Part shown: positions 61,509 to 64,000 of the stretch, one piece after another
How the letters are laid out: each line of letters starts with the position of its first letter
Position numbering within the stretch: position 1 is the stretch's first letter
NCBI GenBank assembly: GCA_024704765.1
Contig: JAKMXF010000066.1
Span: 310,001-374,000 of the forward strand
Length of the DNA stretch: 64,000 bases
Source of the DNA: Oopsacas minuta
Lineage: Eukaryota > Animalia > Porifera
Reading direction: 5' to 3'
Position numbers and translations under genes: made by a program
Notes under the pieces: generated by a model
The model's input: only the letters and a program-made list of their open reading frames with translations
The model's database searches: none
Told to the model about the DNA's origin: nothing

Positions 61509-63072
61509 ATGGCATCAAACATACCATCCAATGAGATAGAACAGTTCGATGATATCTCTAAACAAATCCAAGAGAAATTCGACCTTCTCATCCGTCGATT
61601 GATCGTAAGGAGAGATGGTCTCTTAGACAGACTATTACAACTCAAGGAGGATTATATCAACAAAGAAACAACTCGAATTTCATCCATAAAAGATCTAGAA
61701 AGAATACGAAAAGAAATAGAAGAAATGAGGAGTAGAGTAAATACCAATAATCAGATCCATGAACAAGCTGCTCAGTTATACGATAAGGGTCTTGAGGATC
61801 TCAGAGTACCAACAAATCTACAAATCCCTGTATTCCATTATCCATCATTACAACAAATCAAATCACTAATTGATCAATTCGGGGAGATAGAGTTGGAGGT
61901 ACCAAACCAGACTGAAAAGGAACCTAAGGTAACACCTCAAGCAAATCTGTGCTGGAAGAAGTCATTTCCATCATTAGTGGGGGGAAACAGCTGGAAGATG
62001 GGGAATTCCCTTTCCGACTACGATACCCAGATGGAGAGCTGCATAAATGATGTTCCCAGGTGAATATAAATATGATGTATAATAATCCCTAATTGAATTT
62101 TATTTTAGTGGTAACATAGAAATATTCATCAAAACTCTGACTGGTAAGATAATCACTCTTTATGTTAAGCCTACTGACACTATTGAAGTATTACGTGCTA
62201 ACATCCGAGACAAGGAAGGGATCCCTTCCAACCAGCGGCTCATATTTGCTGGGGAACAGCTAAAAGATGAGAGAACCCTATCCGACTACAATATCAAGAA
62301 CGGGAGTACACTCCATTTGCATGTAGTATTCCGGCTTAAGAATGGCATACAAATATTCATCAATACTCTGACTGGTAAGACAATAACTCTTTATGTTAAG
62401 CCTAGTGACACCATTGAAAACGTATGTTATCAAATTCAGGACAGGGAAGGGATCCCTCCCGACCAGCAACGCCTCATATTTAGAGGGAAACAGCTGGAAG
62501 ATTGGAGAACACTATCCGACTACAATATCAATAACGGGAGTACACTCCATTTAGTACTCCGGCCTAAGAATGCCATGGAAATATTCATCAAAACTCTGAC
62601 TGGTAGGACTATCACCCTTGATGTTGGGCTTAGTGACACCATTGAAAACGTGCGTTATAAGATTCAGGACAAGGAAGGGATCCCTCCCGACCAGCAACGC
62701 CTCATATTTGAAGGGAAACAGCTGGAAGATTGGAGAACACTATCCGACTACAATATCAATAACGGGAGTACACTCCATTTAGTACTCCGGCCTAAGAATG
62801 CCATGGAAATATTCATCAAAACTCTGACTGGTAGGACTATCACCCTTGATGTTGGGCTTAGTGACACCATTGAAAACGTGCGTTATAAGATTCAGGACAA
62901 GGAAGGGATCCCTCCCGACCAGCAACGCCTCATATTTGAAGGGAAACAGCTGGAAGATTGGAGAACACTATCCTACTACAATATCAATAACGGGAGTACA
63001 CTCCATTTAGAACTCCGGCTTAAGAATGGAGAAATAATTAGAAGATGGATGAACACTATTCTACCTAAATAG
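61509..63072 (+). CDS. Coiled-coil protein fused to four tandem non-canonical ubiquitin repeats; predicted exons 61509-62059 and 62109-63072
   Basis: Donor CCCAG|gtgaat and acceptor tattttag|TGGTAAC bound a 49-nt phase-2 intron joining ORF 61509 in frame to an ATG-less open frame. Ubiquitin units start at 62116, 62347, 62575 and 62803 (IFIKTLTG...EGIP...RLIF.G.QL.D.RTLS.YNI..GSTLHL). Confidence 0.75.
62116..63030 (+). repeat. Tandem array of four ~228-bp ubiquitin-coding units
   Basis: Unit 1 is 231 bp and units 2-4 are 228 bp. Units 3 and 4 are nearly identical in nucleotide sequence. Confidence 0.95.
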
Positions 63073-63073
63073 G

Positions 63074-63213
63074 TAATACGAAGGATAGCTGTTAGTCATC
63101 CCCCAACACAGATTAGTGTAATTATGCCACAATATGCTAATTATAGGAATGTAATATAGTCGTATACATAGAGATTATAATAGCTGAGGTTTCATAATAA
63201 TACATTGTTTCAG
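63074..63213. repeat. Diverged duplicate of the FET gene 5' end (60444-~60592)
   Basis: TAATACGAAGGATAGCTGTT[T/A]GTCATC...CACAATATGCTAATTATAG...GATTATAATAGCTGAGGTT occurs at both positions. Confidence 0.88.
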
Positions 63214-63479
63214 GGGCGGATACGCACAGGTTTAAGAGAATCACGGTGATAAATGAGTAAATGTGTTGGATACCCGTTGGGTGTGTTTCTCCCCTTTGCT
63301 ATTCTATTGGACATCAAGTGCCACTATTTGACACCAACCAAATTTGTCTGACCAATAGGCTACTAATATATGTGATTATGACATCTCAGGGCACCGCCCT
63401 CCTCTGTATGTAACTCTGATTGATTATATATCAGCCATAATTGTCATTGGGGTCACAGCTAAAGTAACTAACCATTAGA

Positions 63480-63572
63480 ATGGCATCAAAAATGGGATAG
63501 AACAGTTCGATGATATCTCCTAACAAATCGACGAGAAATTCGACCTTCTCATCTGCCGATTGATCTTAAGGA
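63480..63572 (+). pseudogene. Frameshifted, truncated copy of the 5' end of the 61509 coiled-coil gene
   Basis: CCATTAGAATGGCATCAAA...GATAGAACAGTTCGATGATATCTC...GAGAAATTCGACCTTCTCATC matches 61501-61610, but with a 10-nt deletion and an AAA>TAA change. Confidence 0.85.
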
Positions 63573-63645
63573 TACATGCTCTCTTAAGCCCGCCATACAT
63601 ACATTTTTCTATCGAGATGTTGATTGGTGCTGCTATAATTATACA

Positions 63646-64000
63646 CACTGTGCGAAGAAGATTACTTGGATAAAGACGAATAATCTCAATTCAGTGAATT
63701 CACAATTCTTATAAGAGCCAGTCACACAGTCAGGACTTCATGAATATAAAGTAGTGCTTTGGATTGATATTGTTACCTTATAGCTTAGTATCATAGTCAG
63801 TCTACCCGGGCACTGATTAGTACAAACTAGACAAATTGCTACAAATTTTGCATACATACATTTGGAGCCTAGATTGCCTTAGAGTAGCCAATTCAATACC
63901 TACGTCTCCTTCGATACGATTGCTCAAGTTGAACTGATCAATTCTTATTATACAACTAACTGGTGTAAATCCAAACGAGTGATTTAATTCTGTTAGTTTA
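63646..64000. repeat. Near-identical duplicate of 60806-61160, continuing past the window end
   Basis: The same 355-nt sequence (AGAAGATTACTTGGATAAAGACG...GATTTAATTCTGTTAGTTTA) with only scattered substitutions. Confidence 0.95.

Noticed and set aside
62317-63072. Ordinary polyubiquitin (UBB/UBC) gene
   Set aside because: No unit ends in GG, the units are diverged from ubiquitin and from each other, and there is no initiating ATG for units 1-2.

Overview
AT-rich eukaryotic (animal-type) genomic DNA with GT-AG introns from 48 nt to about 5.3 kb and many short inverted-repeat transposons (MITEs). An early-branching animal such as a sponge is my guess, not something the sequence proves. Gene order: LRAT/PLAAT-like gene 1 (+, runs in from the window edge); ACOT11/12-type thioesterase (-, 5 exons); RING-less coiled-coil+NHL gene (-); LRAT-like gene 2 (+); Ena/VASP (-, 13 exons) head-to-head with Son of sevenless (+); an almost intronless LRRK1-like ROCO kinase (+); an intronless 2xLIM gene (+); a secreted C45/acid-ceramidase-like Ntn hydrolase (+); and a 15.8 kb FET-family (EWS/FUS/TAF15) gene (-). 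The FET introns host intronless antisense genes: a MACPF/perforin-like protein, a catalytically dead LRAT paralog and two orphan ORFs. The most striking item is at the right end. A TRIM/NHL-type coiled coil appears to splice through a 49-nt intron into four tandem ubiquitin repeats that all lack the di-Gly cleavage motif, inside a locally duplicated block that also copies the FET 5' end. Exon models were read by hand and splice phases checked. No tRNA, rRNA or CRISPR was seen.
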